DNA of 64,000 nucleotides from Thermodesulfobacteriota bacterium (GCA_963675595.2 CAXXLZ010000002.1:3904001-3968000), one strand, 5' to 3'. Shown: positions 20,605 to 30,427, counted from the first letter of the stretch. Numbers and translations: made by a program. The notes: generated from the sequence alone by a model not told the origin.

Positions 20605-22350
20605 GTGAAAGTCAAGCTGGCCCGGACCGCGGGGTTCTGCATGGGAGTGCGTCGGGCCCTGGATATAGTGCTCAAGGCGGCCAACAACGAAGAGAAACCG
20701 ATCTACACCTACGGGCCGCTGATTCACAATCCGCAGGTGCTCGAACTGCTGGTTCGACGGGGCGTGGTTTCCGTGAACCGCATCGAGGACATTCAAGGCG
20801 GCACGGTGTTTATTCGGGCCCACGGCGTACCGCCGGAGGTGAAGAGTAAGATCGCGGATCGATGCAACAAGGTGATCGACGCCACCTGTCCCCACGTGGT
20901 GCGGGCTCAGGTCATTCTCGACAAGTATGCCGCCAAGGGGTACCGCGGCATCATCGTGGGAGAGCCGGACCATCCGGAAGTCATCGGACTCTTGGGCTTC
21001 ACCCATGGCCGGGGGGTGGTGGTACAGCATCCCGAAGAGCTGCACCAGGTGCCGTCCGACGAGAAGGTCGTCATCGTGGCTCAAACCACCCAGCACTCCG
21101 AGGACTTCGACCAGTTGGTTCGTCACGCGGAAACCTATTTCAAGGATATGAAGGTCGAGCGGACCATTTGCGGAGCCACCCGGGAGAGGCAGGAAGAGGT
21201 ACGACAACTGGCGTCCCAAGTGGAAGGCATGGTGGTGGTGGGCGGCTACAACAGCGGTAACACGCGCAGACTGGCCATGATTTCCAGGGAGTCGGGCGTG
21301 GACACCCGGCACGTGGAAACGGACGCGGAGATCGATCCTGAAACCATGGCCCATCTAAACTTGGTAGGGGTGACCGCCGGCGCCTCCACACCGAGTTGGA
21401 TGATCAAACGGGTCGTACAGAAACTCCAGAACATGCGGGGACGGGATTCCGGATGGTGGGGCGCCGCGGTTCGGCTGCCCAAGTTCATGCTGCAGAGTTG
21501 CCTTTACGTGGCCTTGGCCGGTTCCGCTTTGACCTATACCGGTATGACCGCCCAGGGACTTGTTCCTTCCCACCGGACCCTCGAGCTCCTGCTTATCGCC
21601 TTCCTGTTTTTGTACAGCCTGCACAACCTGAACCATTTTCTGGACCGGGAGGCGGAACAGTTCAACGACCCCGAACGAATCCGGTTTTTCGATCGAAATA
21701 AGCGCTGGTTGGCTACCACTGGAATTTTGGCCCAGATATTGGTCCTCTTGCTAACCTTCCGCATCGGAACCGCCATGTTCTTGATTTCCCTGCTGGTCAT
21801 GGTGGTGGGCCTCCTGTACAGCGTTCCTTTGGTCCCTCCGACCATCCGAGGAAAGATTCGCTATTCGCGCATCAAAGACATTCCCGGCTCGAAATCCATT
21901 GCCGTGGCTCTGGGGTGGGGATTTGTGGCCGCCTTCCTGCCGGCGCTGGCCGAGGGATTCGGACATCTTTCCGCTTTTCTGCAGACCTTCATGGTGATCT
22001 TGGTGCTGGTGTATGTTCGGTCGTCCATTTTCGAGCTGCTGGAAGTGCAGGGCGATATGATTGTGGGAAACGAAACCCTCCCCATTCTTCTGGGGGAAAA
22101 GCGGACGCTCAACCTGCTCAATGCGGCCCTACTCGTCCTGGCGGTTGCCATCGCGGGTGTGACCATCGCGGGATATGGCGGTCGTCGACTCTGGTTGTTC
22201 GAGATTTGCTGTGTCTACGGCCTGATCTGCGTATGGTTGTATCGCAAAGAAAAAGTGGAGCCGGGTCCCGCGTTCGAGTTGCTGGTGGAGTCCAATTTCA
22301 TCCTGGTGGGCGTGGCGGCCTATGCGTTCAATCACGGCCTTCCCTGGTGA
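20605..22350 (+). CDS. ispH: IspH (LytB) fused to a C-terminal UbiA-like membrane domain
   Basis: AGFCMGVRRA, IHNP, RAHG, DATCP, QTT, TICGAT, SGNT, TAGASTP; then about 8 hydrophobic helices with GDMIVGNETLP. Confidence 0.92.
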   Translation: MKVKLARTAGFCMGVRRALDIVLKAANNEEKPIYTYGPLIHNPQVLELLVRRGVVSVNRIEDIQGGTVFIRAHGVPPEVKSKIADRCNKVIDATCPHVVRAQVILDKYAAKGYRGIIVGEPDHPEVIGLLGFTHGRGVVVQHPEELHQVPSDEKVVIVAQTTQHSEDFDQLVRHAETYFKDMKVERTICGATRERQEEVRQLASQVEGMVVVGGYNSGNTRRLAMISRESGVDTRHVETDAEIDPETMAHLNLVGVTAGASTPSWMIKRVVQKLQNMRGRDSGWWGAAVRLPKFMLQSCLYVALAGSALTYTGMTAQGLVPSHRTLELLLIAFLFLYSLHNLNHFLDREAEQFNDPERIRFFDRNKRWLATTGILAQILVLLLTFRIGTAMFLISLLVMVVGLLYSVPLVPPTIRGKIRYSRIKDIPGSKSIAVALGWGFVAAFLPALAEGFGHLSAFLQTFMVILVLVYVRSSIFELLEVQGDMIVGNETLPILLGEKRTLNLLNAALLVLAVAIAGVTIAGYGGRRLWLFEICCVYGLICVWLYRKEKVEPGPAFELLVESNFILVGVAAYAFNHGLPW

Positions 22351-22631
22351 GGAACTGCGTGTCATGGCAGCGCTTCGGGATCTCGCTTTTCCGGTTTAGG
22401 ACGACGGCCCGGACATCCCGGCCCATTGAGGAAGGTGTGGGTCCCGCCCGTTGGAGGGCAATCTTGACAGCCTGTTGAAGAGCGCGATCTGCGGCGTTGC
22501 GTATCATTCCCGGCCATCGCGACATGCTCTCAACTTTGCCTTTTTCGGGATTTCCGCGCCCTGCATCTCGTCTATTATCAGCAGCCTCAAGCCACCGGCC
22601 TTTTTCAGCGGGCCGTCGAGCCGGTAGGATC

Positions 22632-23462
22632 ATGCCCCTGGTTTCCGTTGTTATCCCCACGTATAATCGGAGCGCCTGGGTGCGGGAGGCCGTAGCGTCG
22701 GTTCTCGCGCAAACTTATCGAGACTTCGAACTCATCGTTGTGGACGACGGCTCCACCGACGACACGCGTGAAGCCCTCCGACGTTTCGACTCCCAAATCA
22801 TACCGGTCTTTCTACCCCGATCCGGGGTGAGCGCCGCGAGGAACGAAGGCGTTCGGCAAAGCCGGGGAAGCCTCATCGCATTCCTGGATTCGGACGACCT
22901 TTGGCTCCCCGAGAAGCTCGAAGTCCAGGTAGCCTACATGGAGGCGCACTCGGGGATCGCCGTCTGCCAGACGGACGAAATGTGGATCCGCAATGGACGG
23001 CGGGTTAATCCAAAGAAGTATCACCTCAAACAGGGAGGCGATATTTTCGGTATTTCGTTGGAGCGATGCATGATCAGTCCGTCGGCGGTTATGCTGAGGA
23101 AGACTCTTTTCAACGCCGTAGGGGGATTCGACCCCACCATGGAGGCCTGTGAAGACTACGATTTGTGGCTGCGCATCACCTGCCGCCTGCCGGTGGGCCT
23201 GATTCCTCAGGCCCTGACGGTTAAGCGGGGAGGGCATGCGGACCAGCTTAGTCGAACCGTTCCCACTCTGGACCGCTACCGAATCCTTTCCATCGCAAAG
23301 CTGCTCGAATCCGCGGTGTTGTCGGACGAGCAGGCAAGCTTGGCTCGGAGGGAACTGGCCCGCAAGGCCCGCATCTATATCGAGGGATGCGAAAAGCGGG
23401 GAAAAAAGGAGGAGGCGTCCACTTTGGCGAGTCGTTTACGAGGCCTTTTGGAAGGAGTATGA
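22632..23462 (+). CDS. GT2 family glycosyltransferase
   Basis: VSVVIPTYNR, VVDDGSTD, AFLDSDD, EDYDLWLR. Confidence 0.92.
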   Translation: MPLVSVVIPTYNRSAWVREAVASVLAQTYRDFELIVVDDGSTDDTREALRRFDSQIIPVFLPRSGVSAARNEGVRQSRGSLIAFLDSDDLWLPEKLEVQVAYMEAHSGIAVCQTDEMWIRNGRRVNPKKYHLKQGGDIFGISLERCMISPSAVMLRKTLFNAVGGFDPTMEACEDYDLWLRITCRLPVGLIPQALTVKRGGHADQLSRTVPTLDRYRILSIAKLLESAVLSDEQASLARRELARKARIYIEGCEKRGKKEEASTLASRLRGLLEGV

Positions 23463-23537
23463 TGCGTATTCTCATTGCGGGTCGCTGTTGTCTCCCGTAC
23501 CCTCGTTTTCAACTCCCACTTTTCGAAGCGGATTCCC

Positions 23538-25805
23538 ATGCGCTCCACTTCTTCCCTCGTTCTTGCACTGTTTTATTTCTTCGTGCTCTCCGGCTGCTCG
23601 ATCTTCGCCCCATTACCCGAGCCTTCGAGCACCCTCGAGCGCATCGCGAGCTTTCCTTCCGGTAAGGCGCCCCTGGCCGGCCCGGTGACCATTTACTGGG
23701 ACGACCACCTGATTCCATTCATCGAAGCCCGCTACGACGAAGACCTACCCTTCGCATTGGGAATGGTTCATGCTCATTTGCGTCTGGCTCAAATGGAGCT
23801 GTACCGGCGCGCCGCAGCCGGACGTTTATCCGAGAGTTTCGGCTTCTACCTCGCCGATGTGGATCACGGGTTGCGCACGCTGGGCTTGGTTCCCACGGCG
23901 AAACGAATCGAGTCGGCTCTGCCGGAATCCACCCGCGTGTGGATCCAACGATATGTCGAGGGGCTGAATCACTATTTGGAGCATACCTCCCAAATGCCTC
24001 ACGAGGCCGAAGTGATGGGGTACGGTAAGGAACCCTGGACGGTGACCGACGTGCTGACCATCAGCCGGATATTCGGCGCCGACGTGAACTGGCTCCTTTT
24101 CGCTCGTCTGCTCCCTTTGTGGAACACTTCCGATTGGGACTTCATCAAAGAACGCTATCTTCGATTGGGACGGATGAGCATTCCCAGCTTTGGACCCGAG
24201 AGGGGGGAACTCATCGAGGTGATGGGAGAATCCGTTGGGCGAGGGAGCAACTCGGTGGCGGTGGGTTCGCGGAAAACGCGCCACGGAGCGGCACTCATGG
24301 CCAATGATCCCCATGTGGGCATTCAGGTTCCCAACCTCTGGATGATCGGCGGCATCAAATCTCCGTCCTATCATGCGGTGGGCCTCATGTTTCCCGGGCT
24401 ACCGGCGGTGGTGATCGGGCGGAACGCCCATGTGGCTTGGGGCGGGACGAACATGAGGGCGGCTTCGAGCGACTTGGTGGACGTATCTTCCCTGGACCCC
24501 TCGGAATTCAGGGAGCGCAAGGAGACCATCCGAATTCGCTGGTGGCCCGATCGGGAGGTGACCATCCGGGAATGCGATTGGGGGCCCGTGATCACGGACC
24601 TGGCCTACTTCGAGGATTATCAGGGGCCTCCCCTGGCCCTCCGATGGGTGGGACACGAACCGAGCGACGAGATCGGAGCCGTTCTGGCGGCCAACCGGGC
24701 TTCCAACTGGCGGGATTTTCGGGCCGCATGGCGGACCTATGCCGTGTCGGGACAGAACGTCCTGTACGCGGACGACAAAGGAAACGTGGGCCAGCTCTTG
24801 GCCGTGAAGTTGCCGGTGCGGGGCTATGATCGTTTGTCCGACCTGCTCCAGGACCCCTCGGACCCGTTGACGGACTGGTCGGGATACCTTGTTTCCGAAG
24901 ACCTGCCCATGTCTTTCAACCCCACGGCCGGTTTCATCGCTTCGGCCAACAATCTTCCCATCCGTACGGATCCGCCTGTGGGGTTTTTCTTCATGGACGG
25001 AGATCGCATTCGGCGTCTGCAGCGAACGCTGGAGCATGCCGAGTCGGTAGACCGAGCTCTTCTTCAACAACTTCATCGCGACGTGTTCTCCTGGAGTGCT
25101 TGGGAGCTTTGTCGCACGGTGGCCGAAATCATGGAGGATTACGGAGACGAGGCTGGAATGCTCGACGCTTTGAATTCCTGGAACGGCGAACTCAACGCCG
25201 ACTCCAGAGAGGCCCTGGCCTTCCAGCTCTTGGCCCATTACCTGGCGAAAACCTTCTATGAATCTCGATTGTCGGAACAAGGCGCCGAGGCCCTCATGAG
25301 TTCGGCGGCGTTTTTCGAGATCCTACAAGCCGATCTTCTGGACACGTCCAAGGACGAGGTGCGACGCTGTGTTCGCCGAGCACTCAAAGAGGCAAAGGAC
25401 GACTTCTTGAAATGGCGAACCTGGGGGGATGTTCATCGTCTTCGGCTGAATCATTTCCTGGGGCGAATTCCCTTTTGGGGAAGGCGATATCGCTTTGATG
25501 ATTTTCCCGCGTCCGGTGGGTCGACCACTCTGATGAAGACGGCGCACGGAGCGTTTAACGGCCGTCAGGGCGTGAGTTACGGCTCCAATGCCCGGCATAT
25601 TTCAGATCTTTCGGATATGGATGCCAACTGGTTCGTTCTGCTCGGCGGGCAAGACGGGCGGCTCGGCGCCGATAACCTGTTGGACCAGGTTCCGCTTTGG
25701 AGGGAAGGGCGGTACATTCAAGTGCCGTTGAGGCTGGAAACCGTGCGGGAACGCTTTCCCCATCGGACGGAGCTGGAAGCGGCCAAAGAGACCTCTTCCT
25801 TCTAG
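23538..25805 (+). CDS. Penicillin acylase family (S45 Ntn hydrolase), predicted lipoprotein
   Basis: LSGC lipobox; GMVHAHLRLAQM; catalytic GSNSVAV and ANDPH; SANN. Confidence 0.9.
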   Translation: MRSTSSLVLALFYFFVLSGCSIFAPLPEPSSTLERIASFPSGKAPLAGPVTIYWDDHLIPFIEARYDEDLPFALGMVHAHLRLAQMELYRRAAAGRLSESFGFYLADVDHGLRTLGLVPTAKRIESALPESTRVWIQRYVEGLNHYLEHTSQMPHEAEVMGYGKEPWTVTDVLTISRIFGADVNWLLFARLLPLWNTSDWDFIKERYLRLGRMSIPSFGPERGELIEVMGESVGRGSNSVAVGSRKTRHGAALMANDPHVGIQVPNLWMIGGIKSPSYHAVGLMFPGLPAVVIGRNAHVAWGGTNMRAASSDLVDVSSLDPSEFRERKETIRIRWWPDREVTIRECDWGPVITDLAYFEDYQGPPLALRWVGHEPSDEIGAVLAANRASNWRDFRAAWRTYAVSGQNVLYADDKGNVGQLLAVKLPVRGYDRLSDLLQDPSDPLTDWSGYLVSEDLPMSFNPTAGFIASANNLPIRTDPPVGFFFMDGDRIRRLQRTLEHAESVDRALLQQLHRDVFSWSAWELCRTVAEIMEDYGDEAGMLDALNSWNGELNADSREALAFQLLAHYLAKTFYESRLSEQGAEALMSSAAFFEILQADLLDTSKDEVRRCVRRALKEAKDDFLKWRTWGDVHRLRLNHFLGRIPFWGRRYRFDDFPASGGSTTLMKTAHGAFNGRQGVSYGSNARHISDLSDMDANWFVLLGGQDGRLGADNLLDQVPLWREGRYIQVPLRLETVRERFPHRTELEAAKETSSF

Positions 25806-25944
25806 TGCCTATCCGGCCGTTTTCATCACGCGGGTGGTTCCTCCGCGGGACTCTCTCCCATCAGCCCATGGAAACAGCCGAATTACCGCGGATCGGCAAG
25901 GAACGAAGCGAGGGGTCGGCGATCGGTCGGAATTCGAAAGGAGT

Positions 25945-26643
25945 TCACACCGCCGAAGGGACGATGAGACGCTTGCCCTCCAACAGAATCCCGCCGGACT
26001 CTCGGAGACTTTTGAGCGCCCGAGTCACGCTGACGCGATGGGCTCCCACCAGAAAACTCAGCTCTTCGTGGGTGAGGGGAAAAGGGATCAGAGAACCATT
26101 GGGACCGGGAATGCCGTGTTCTTCGGCCACGTTAAGCAGCACGCCTCGTAGCCGTTCCGCAACATTGGGCATGGAAAGGCTTCCCACCCGACTGGTCAAT
26201 CGCGAAATCCGTTTGCTCAGGTTTTTGATCACCTGCAGCCCGATATTCGGGTGAGACAACACCAGATTTTCGAACTGCTCCCGGGTAAATCCGCAAACGA
26301 GACTCTCCTCCATGCACCAAGCGCTCAACGGGTAGTCCATATCCTCGCTGAGCATCTGCTCTCCCAGAAAATCCCCCGCTTTTCGGATATCCAGAGTGAT
26401 TTCAGTTCCGTCTTCGAGTAACTTGGTGAGTTTGACCCGTCCCGCTTTGATGAGGAACATATCGTCCACGGGGTCTCCCTGGACGAACACGGATTGTCCT
26501 TGGGAGAAGGATTTTCGGAAAGCGGTGTTGGATAGGGCTTCGGATTCCTTCGGCTGGAGATGCTGGAAGATCCAAAGATGGCCGATGCAAACCGGCGACA
26601 ACTTCATTCCCGGAGCTGCTGTTTGCTCGCACAAGCACCCCAT
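25945..26643 (-). CDS. Crp/Fnr family regulator with N-terminal Cys motif (HcpR/CooA/NtcA-like)
   Basis: MGCLCE...VC N-terminus; cNMP beta-roll (GRVKL, GDFLGE); HTH THEELSFLVGAHRVSVTR. Confidence 0.92.
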   Translation of the reverse strand: MGCLCEQTAAPGMKLSPVCIGHLWIFQHLQPKESEALSNTAFRKSFSQGQSVFVQGDPVDDMFLIKAGRVKLTKLLEDGTEITLDIRKAGDFLGEQMLSEDMDYPLSAWCMEESLVCGFTREQFENLVLSHPNIGLQVIKNLSKRISRLTSRVGSLSMPNVAERLRGVLLNVAEEHGIPGPNGSLIPFPLTHEELSFLVGAHRVSVTRALKSLRESGGILLEGKRLIVPSAV

Positions 26644-26833
26644 GCTCTACGCCTTTCCGGAAAAAAGGGGACGATTCCCGTTAAAATTCGCGGGGCCCGT
26701 GCATGCTCGGGAATCGCGAGAAGAGGCGGGCGAGTATGGCCTCCGACCCGCGCAAGGATCCCCGTGCCTTGACGATAGAGAAGACGGTGGGAAAAAGCAA
26801 CGGCCTGTGGGAGACTCAGGGACGGTTTCTCCC

Positions 26834-27406
26834 TTAAAGAGCAATTCCAAGCAACGCCTGAATGCTTTCTCTGAAGCGGGCCAGGTCCAGGCTCTGAAAT
26901 TCCAGGGGTATTTGGACCAAATCGAAAAAATTCAGCACTTCTTCGTCCGTCAGTGAGTTCAGACCCGCATCGAGAACCAGGATGCGATCGTACCTCCCGA
27001 AGTTCATGCGGGTGTCCGTTTCGTCCCAGCCCAACCTTTGCATCATGCGGGGCCATCCCCTCACCCATGCCGGCGTCATCAGCATGGTTCCCCCTTGCTC
27101 CAATTCTTTTCTGCTCTCGCCGCAAAGAGCCGCAATGCAGTCATGGAAACAGGGGACCTCCGCCCCTTCTTTTCGGGCCAAATCGCACAGGTCGGGCAGA
27201 CAGGCGGAGCCGAACAGAAATCGGACGGTGCAGCCGTTTTTCTTGGCCTGTTCACAAGCTCCGCCCAATTTCTTTTCCAGAAGCGCCGGGTCGGCATGCA
27301 GTCCTTCATCGATCCAGATGATTTCCGATTCAAAGCCTCCGGGGAGGACGGCTTCCAGCTCATCCTTGAATATTTTGCATGCGACCAAGGTGAACGGTTG
27401 TGCCAT
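26834..27406 (-). CDS. DUF1638 domain protein
   Basis: VACKIFKDEL, GLHADP, FGSAC, DCIAAL, TPAW, YDRILVLD pattern. Confidence 0.8.
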   Translation of the reverse strand: MAQPFTLVACKIFKDELEAVLPGGFESEIIWIDEGLHADPALLEKKLGGACEQAKKNGCTVRFLFGSACLPDLCDLARKEGAEVPCFHDCIAALCGESRKELEQGGTMLMTPAWVRGWPRMMQRLGWDETDTRMNFGRYDRILVLDAGLNSLTDEEVLNFFDLVQIPLEFQSLDLARFRESIQALLGIAL

Positions 27407-27629
27407 GGAACTCGCCTCCTTAATGCCGGATGCTCAACAGGCCGTTGAGAAAAGATGAGTTGCAGGGTGCGCGAGCCTCGAGAATCCAGGGCATACACCG
27501 CAGATCACGTTTTTCAACGTTCCGTCGGGGTGTGGCCCGACGTCCCGAGGGGGAGCCGCCCGCTCTTCCACAGCCGCAGGAAGAAGACTCCCGGCCGGGA
27601 TGCCTTGCCACGACAAAAATGGTTGGGAA

Positions 27630-27749
27630 TCAGGATTTCTTCTTGTCTTCTTCGAGAACGACCTTCCTATCGCAAAGATCGCACTTGCCTTCCTCGGTGA
27701 TACAAGGCTGCTTGGGAGCCTCGCCGCCGCAGATTCCGCACTTGGGCAT
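27630..27749 (-). CDS. 39-aa Cys-rich microprotein (Zn/Fe-finger-like)
   Basis: MPKCGICGGEAPKQPCITEEGKCDLCDRKVVLEEDKKKS; strong AAGGAGGT RBS; two CxxC. Confidence 0.75.
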   Translation of the reverse strand: MPKCGICGGEAPKQPCITEEGKCDLCDRKVVLEEDKKKS

Positions 27750-27914
27750 GGTCACACCTCCTTCCTTCCCGTGGTATGCGGCCTGCTTCGGGCAGGCCTC
27801 GGGGAACGAACCGGCTTGTTGCATCTTCATCCATTTCCTTAAGCGTCGGCCGATCACGCGGATCGCCTAACCTGGACGATCCTTCATTGAGGTCTCTTCC
27901 ATGTATTGGGCTGC

Positions 27915-27957
27915 ATCATAGGCGAGTTCGGAACGCACCGCTGTAGCACACGCTACA
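27915..27957 (-). promoter_or_regulatory. Class II Crp-family promoter: -10 TATGAT plus TGTA-N8-TACA operator at -41.5
   Basis: Palindrome TGTAGC-ACAC-GCTACA at 27942-27957; minus-strand TATGAT at 27920-27915. Confidence 0.65.
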
Positions 27958-28207
27958 TGGAAGCGTTTTTTTTTGGGGGGATGGAGGAAACCGGCCGCCC
28001 CGAGGCATAACCATCGGAATTTCGGTGCGGAGAGGGACCTGAGAGGACCTTTCTTGACACGCATCCAACACAAAGAGAAGATAAGAGGGCCTTGTCGCGG
28101 GTCTTTCCCCGCGTTTATGTTGCTAGGATTCTCATGCACCTCCCGGTCTTGAACCGGGCCGCCGGTTAATGCTCGAAAAAGCGGAAGGGATTGTCGGGGA
28201 AGGGGTT

Positions 28208-30427
28208 ATGCGTCGGATTCAGCCACTACGAGTCGTCTTGCTCCTGCTGTGGGTCCTGTTTTTGCAGGCCGTTCCGCTCCCGCCTCCAGCCGGGGCCGTG
28301 GAGGAATACGCTTTGGCCACGGGCAAGGCCTGCATTTTCTGCCACGTGGAATCCACCGGGGGCGACCTGAAAACCATGGGTTTCGCCTACATCCGCAACG
28401 GGTACCGCTACCCCGTCCCTGAACGGATTTTCAAGAAGGTGGCGTCGTTCCGGGACCCGGTGCACAAAGCCGTCCGCTTTGGGGTGGGTTACCTCCATTT
28501 GCTGGCCGCCGTGGTGTTTTTCGGAGCCATCTTCTATATCCACATCTTCGTGAGGCCGAAACGATTCCGAGGGGGCATTCCCAGGAACGAGAGAATCCTT
28601 GGAGTCTCCTGCATGGCGATGTTGGCCGGTACCGGCGCCTACCTCACGTGGTTGCGTATCGAGCGTTGGGAGCAGTTCTTCGACAATACCTTCGGTCTGA
28701 TGCTGTTCTGCAAGATCATCCTATTTGTCGTTATGGTCCTGGTGGGACTTACGGCCGCCACCGCGGTGAATCACCTCATGAAGAAAGAGGCGAGGGAAGC
28801 GTCCGATTCCCAAAACAAAGCCTCGGGCTCCGATCTTTCCGGTTTCGACGGATTGGAGGGCCGGCCCGCCTATATCGCCTACCAGGGGAAAGTCTACGAC
28901 GTTACCGAGAGCCTCAAGTGGAAGGACGGAAAACATTTCGGCAAGCATGCGGCCGGCGGGGATCTGACCGAAGCCCTGAAAGGAGCGCCTCATGGGCCGG
29001 AGGTCCTCGAACGGATGAAGGCGGTGTCCGGCATGGAGCCGGATACGGCGAAGAAGGTTCCCTCCAGTCCCGCCCATTCCGTTTTCGTCTGGATGGCTTA
29101 TGTCAACCTGATCATCGTATTCCTGATTCTCGCCTGCATCAGTGTGTGGCGTTGGGGGTTTCCCATTCGCTTGGTTCCCGAGCAACGGAAAGCGGCCGTC
29201 GTGGCGGCCGGTTGCATTGCGTGCCACGAGAAAAGAAACCCGGGTTTGGTGAGCGACTGGAGAAACGGGGTGCACGCACGCGTCGGCGTGGACTGCTACA
29301 AGTGTCACAAGGCAGGGGCGGATTCGAGCGAGTCGGCCAACGGGGCCCATTTCGAGCATGACCCGAATCCCGTTTCCGTGGTGGTCGGTCCGAAGACGTG
29401 CTCAGGATGTCACCCCAAACAGGTTGCGCAGTATGCTTTGAGCAAACACGCGCGTACACGGGAAATCATGTGGAAAGTGGATCCGTGGATCAAGGACGGA
29501 ATGAACAACGAGATCGAAAGGATCACGGGTTGCTTTGCCTGCCACGGCACCGAGGTGACCCTTGCCGACGGCAAACCTTTTCCGGGCACCTGGCCCAACG
29601 TGGGAGTGGGAAGAGAGAATCCGGACGGGACCCGTGGAAGTTGTTCGAGCTGTCACACTCGCCACAGATTCTCCGTGGAGGAGGCGCGCAAGCCCGAGTC
29701 CTGCGGTCAGTGCCACCTCGGCCCGGATCATCCTCAGATCGAGATCTACAACGAATCCAAACACGGCGCCGTCTATCATACGGAGGGTGCGCAATGGAGT
29801 TGGAGAGGAGAGGACGGCCAATGGCTGGCGGGACGTGATTATCGGGCGCCCACGTGCGCCGCATGCCACATGTCGGGTTCCCGGACGGCGGAGGCAAGCC
29901 ATGACGTAACCGGTCGACTCTCCTGGGAGCTGCAGACCGCCCTGACCGTGCGGCCTTCCGATTTCGAACCGCTACCCTCATCGGTGGGATGGAAAGACGC
30001 GCGAGCCGCCATGCAGTCCGTGTGTTTTCAGTGTCATTCGAAGACGTGGACCGAGCACCACTTCTCGAATCTGGACGCGGTTGTGGACAACTACGACCGC
30101 AACTACTTCGCCCCGGCCCGCGAGCGAATCGCCCGATTGTATTCTCAAGGGAAGCTTTCCGGAACGTTGTATTTCGACGAACCTCTTGAATGGGATTACT
30201 ACGAACTTTGGCATCATGAGGGGCGCAGGGCCCGCATGGGAGCGGCCATGATGGCCCCGGACTATGCCTGGTGGCACGGCTTTTACGAAGTGAAACATCG
30301 TTTTTTGAATCTCATGAGGCATGCGGACCACATCGGAGATACGGGGGCGGAGACGCGATTTCCGCTCTTTCCGGGGCGACATGAATCGGTGAGGCCCCGG
30401 ACTTTGGAGGAGGATTTACCGGAATAG
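28208..30427 (+). CDS. Multiheme cytochrome c fusion: monoheme + 4-TM (CopD-like) + cytochrome b5 + octaheme HAO-family domain
   Basis: Nine CxxCH (CIFCH, CIACH, CYKCH, CSGCH, CFACH, CSSCH, CGQCH, CAACH, CFQCH); GKVYDVT...HAAG...APHG b5 motif; CHTRHRF, HLGPDHPQ, APDYAWWHG HAO motifs. Confidence 0.88.
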   Translation: MRRIQPLRVVLLLLWVLFLQAVPLPPPAGAVEEYALATGKACIFCHVESTGGDLKTMGFAYIRNGYRYPVPERIFKKVASFRDPVHKAVRFGVGYLHLLAAVVFFGAIFYIHIFVRPKRFRGGIPRNERILGVSCMAMLAGTGAYLTWLRIERWEQFFDNTFGLMLFCKIILFVVMVLVGLTAATAVNHLMKKEAREASDSQNKASGSDLSGFDGLEGRPAYIAYQGKVYDVTESLKWKDGKHFGKHAAGGDLTEALKGAPHGPEVLERMKAVSGMEPDTAKKVPSSPAHSVFVWMAYVNLIIVFLILACISVWRWGFPIRLVPEQRKAAVVAAGCIACHEKRNPGLVSDWRNGVHARVGVDCYKCHKAGADSSESANGAHFEHDPNPVSVVVGPKTCSGCHPKQVAQYALSKHARTREIMWKVDPWIKDGMNNEIERITGCFACHGTEVTLADGKPFPGTWPNVGVGRENPDGTRGSCSSCHTRHRFSVEEARKPESCGQCHLGPDHPQIEIYNESKHGAVYHTEGAQWSWRGEDGQWLAGRDYRAPTCAACHMSGSRTAEASHDVTGRLSWELQTALTVRPSDFEPLPSSVGWKDARAAMQSVCFQCHSKTWTEHHFSNLDAVVDNYDRNYFAPARERIARLYSQGKLSGTLYFDEPLEWDYYELWHHEGRRARMGAAMMAPDYAWWHGFYEVKHRFLNLMRHADHIGDTGAETRFPLFPGRHESVRPRTLEEDLPE

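Noticed and set aside
27965-27980. T10-G6 homopolymer run as a phase-variation tract
   Set aside because: It is intergenic and upstream of the operator, outside the promoter spacer; cannot be supported without read-level length variation.
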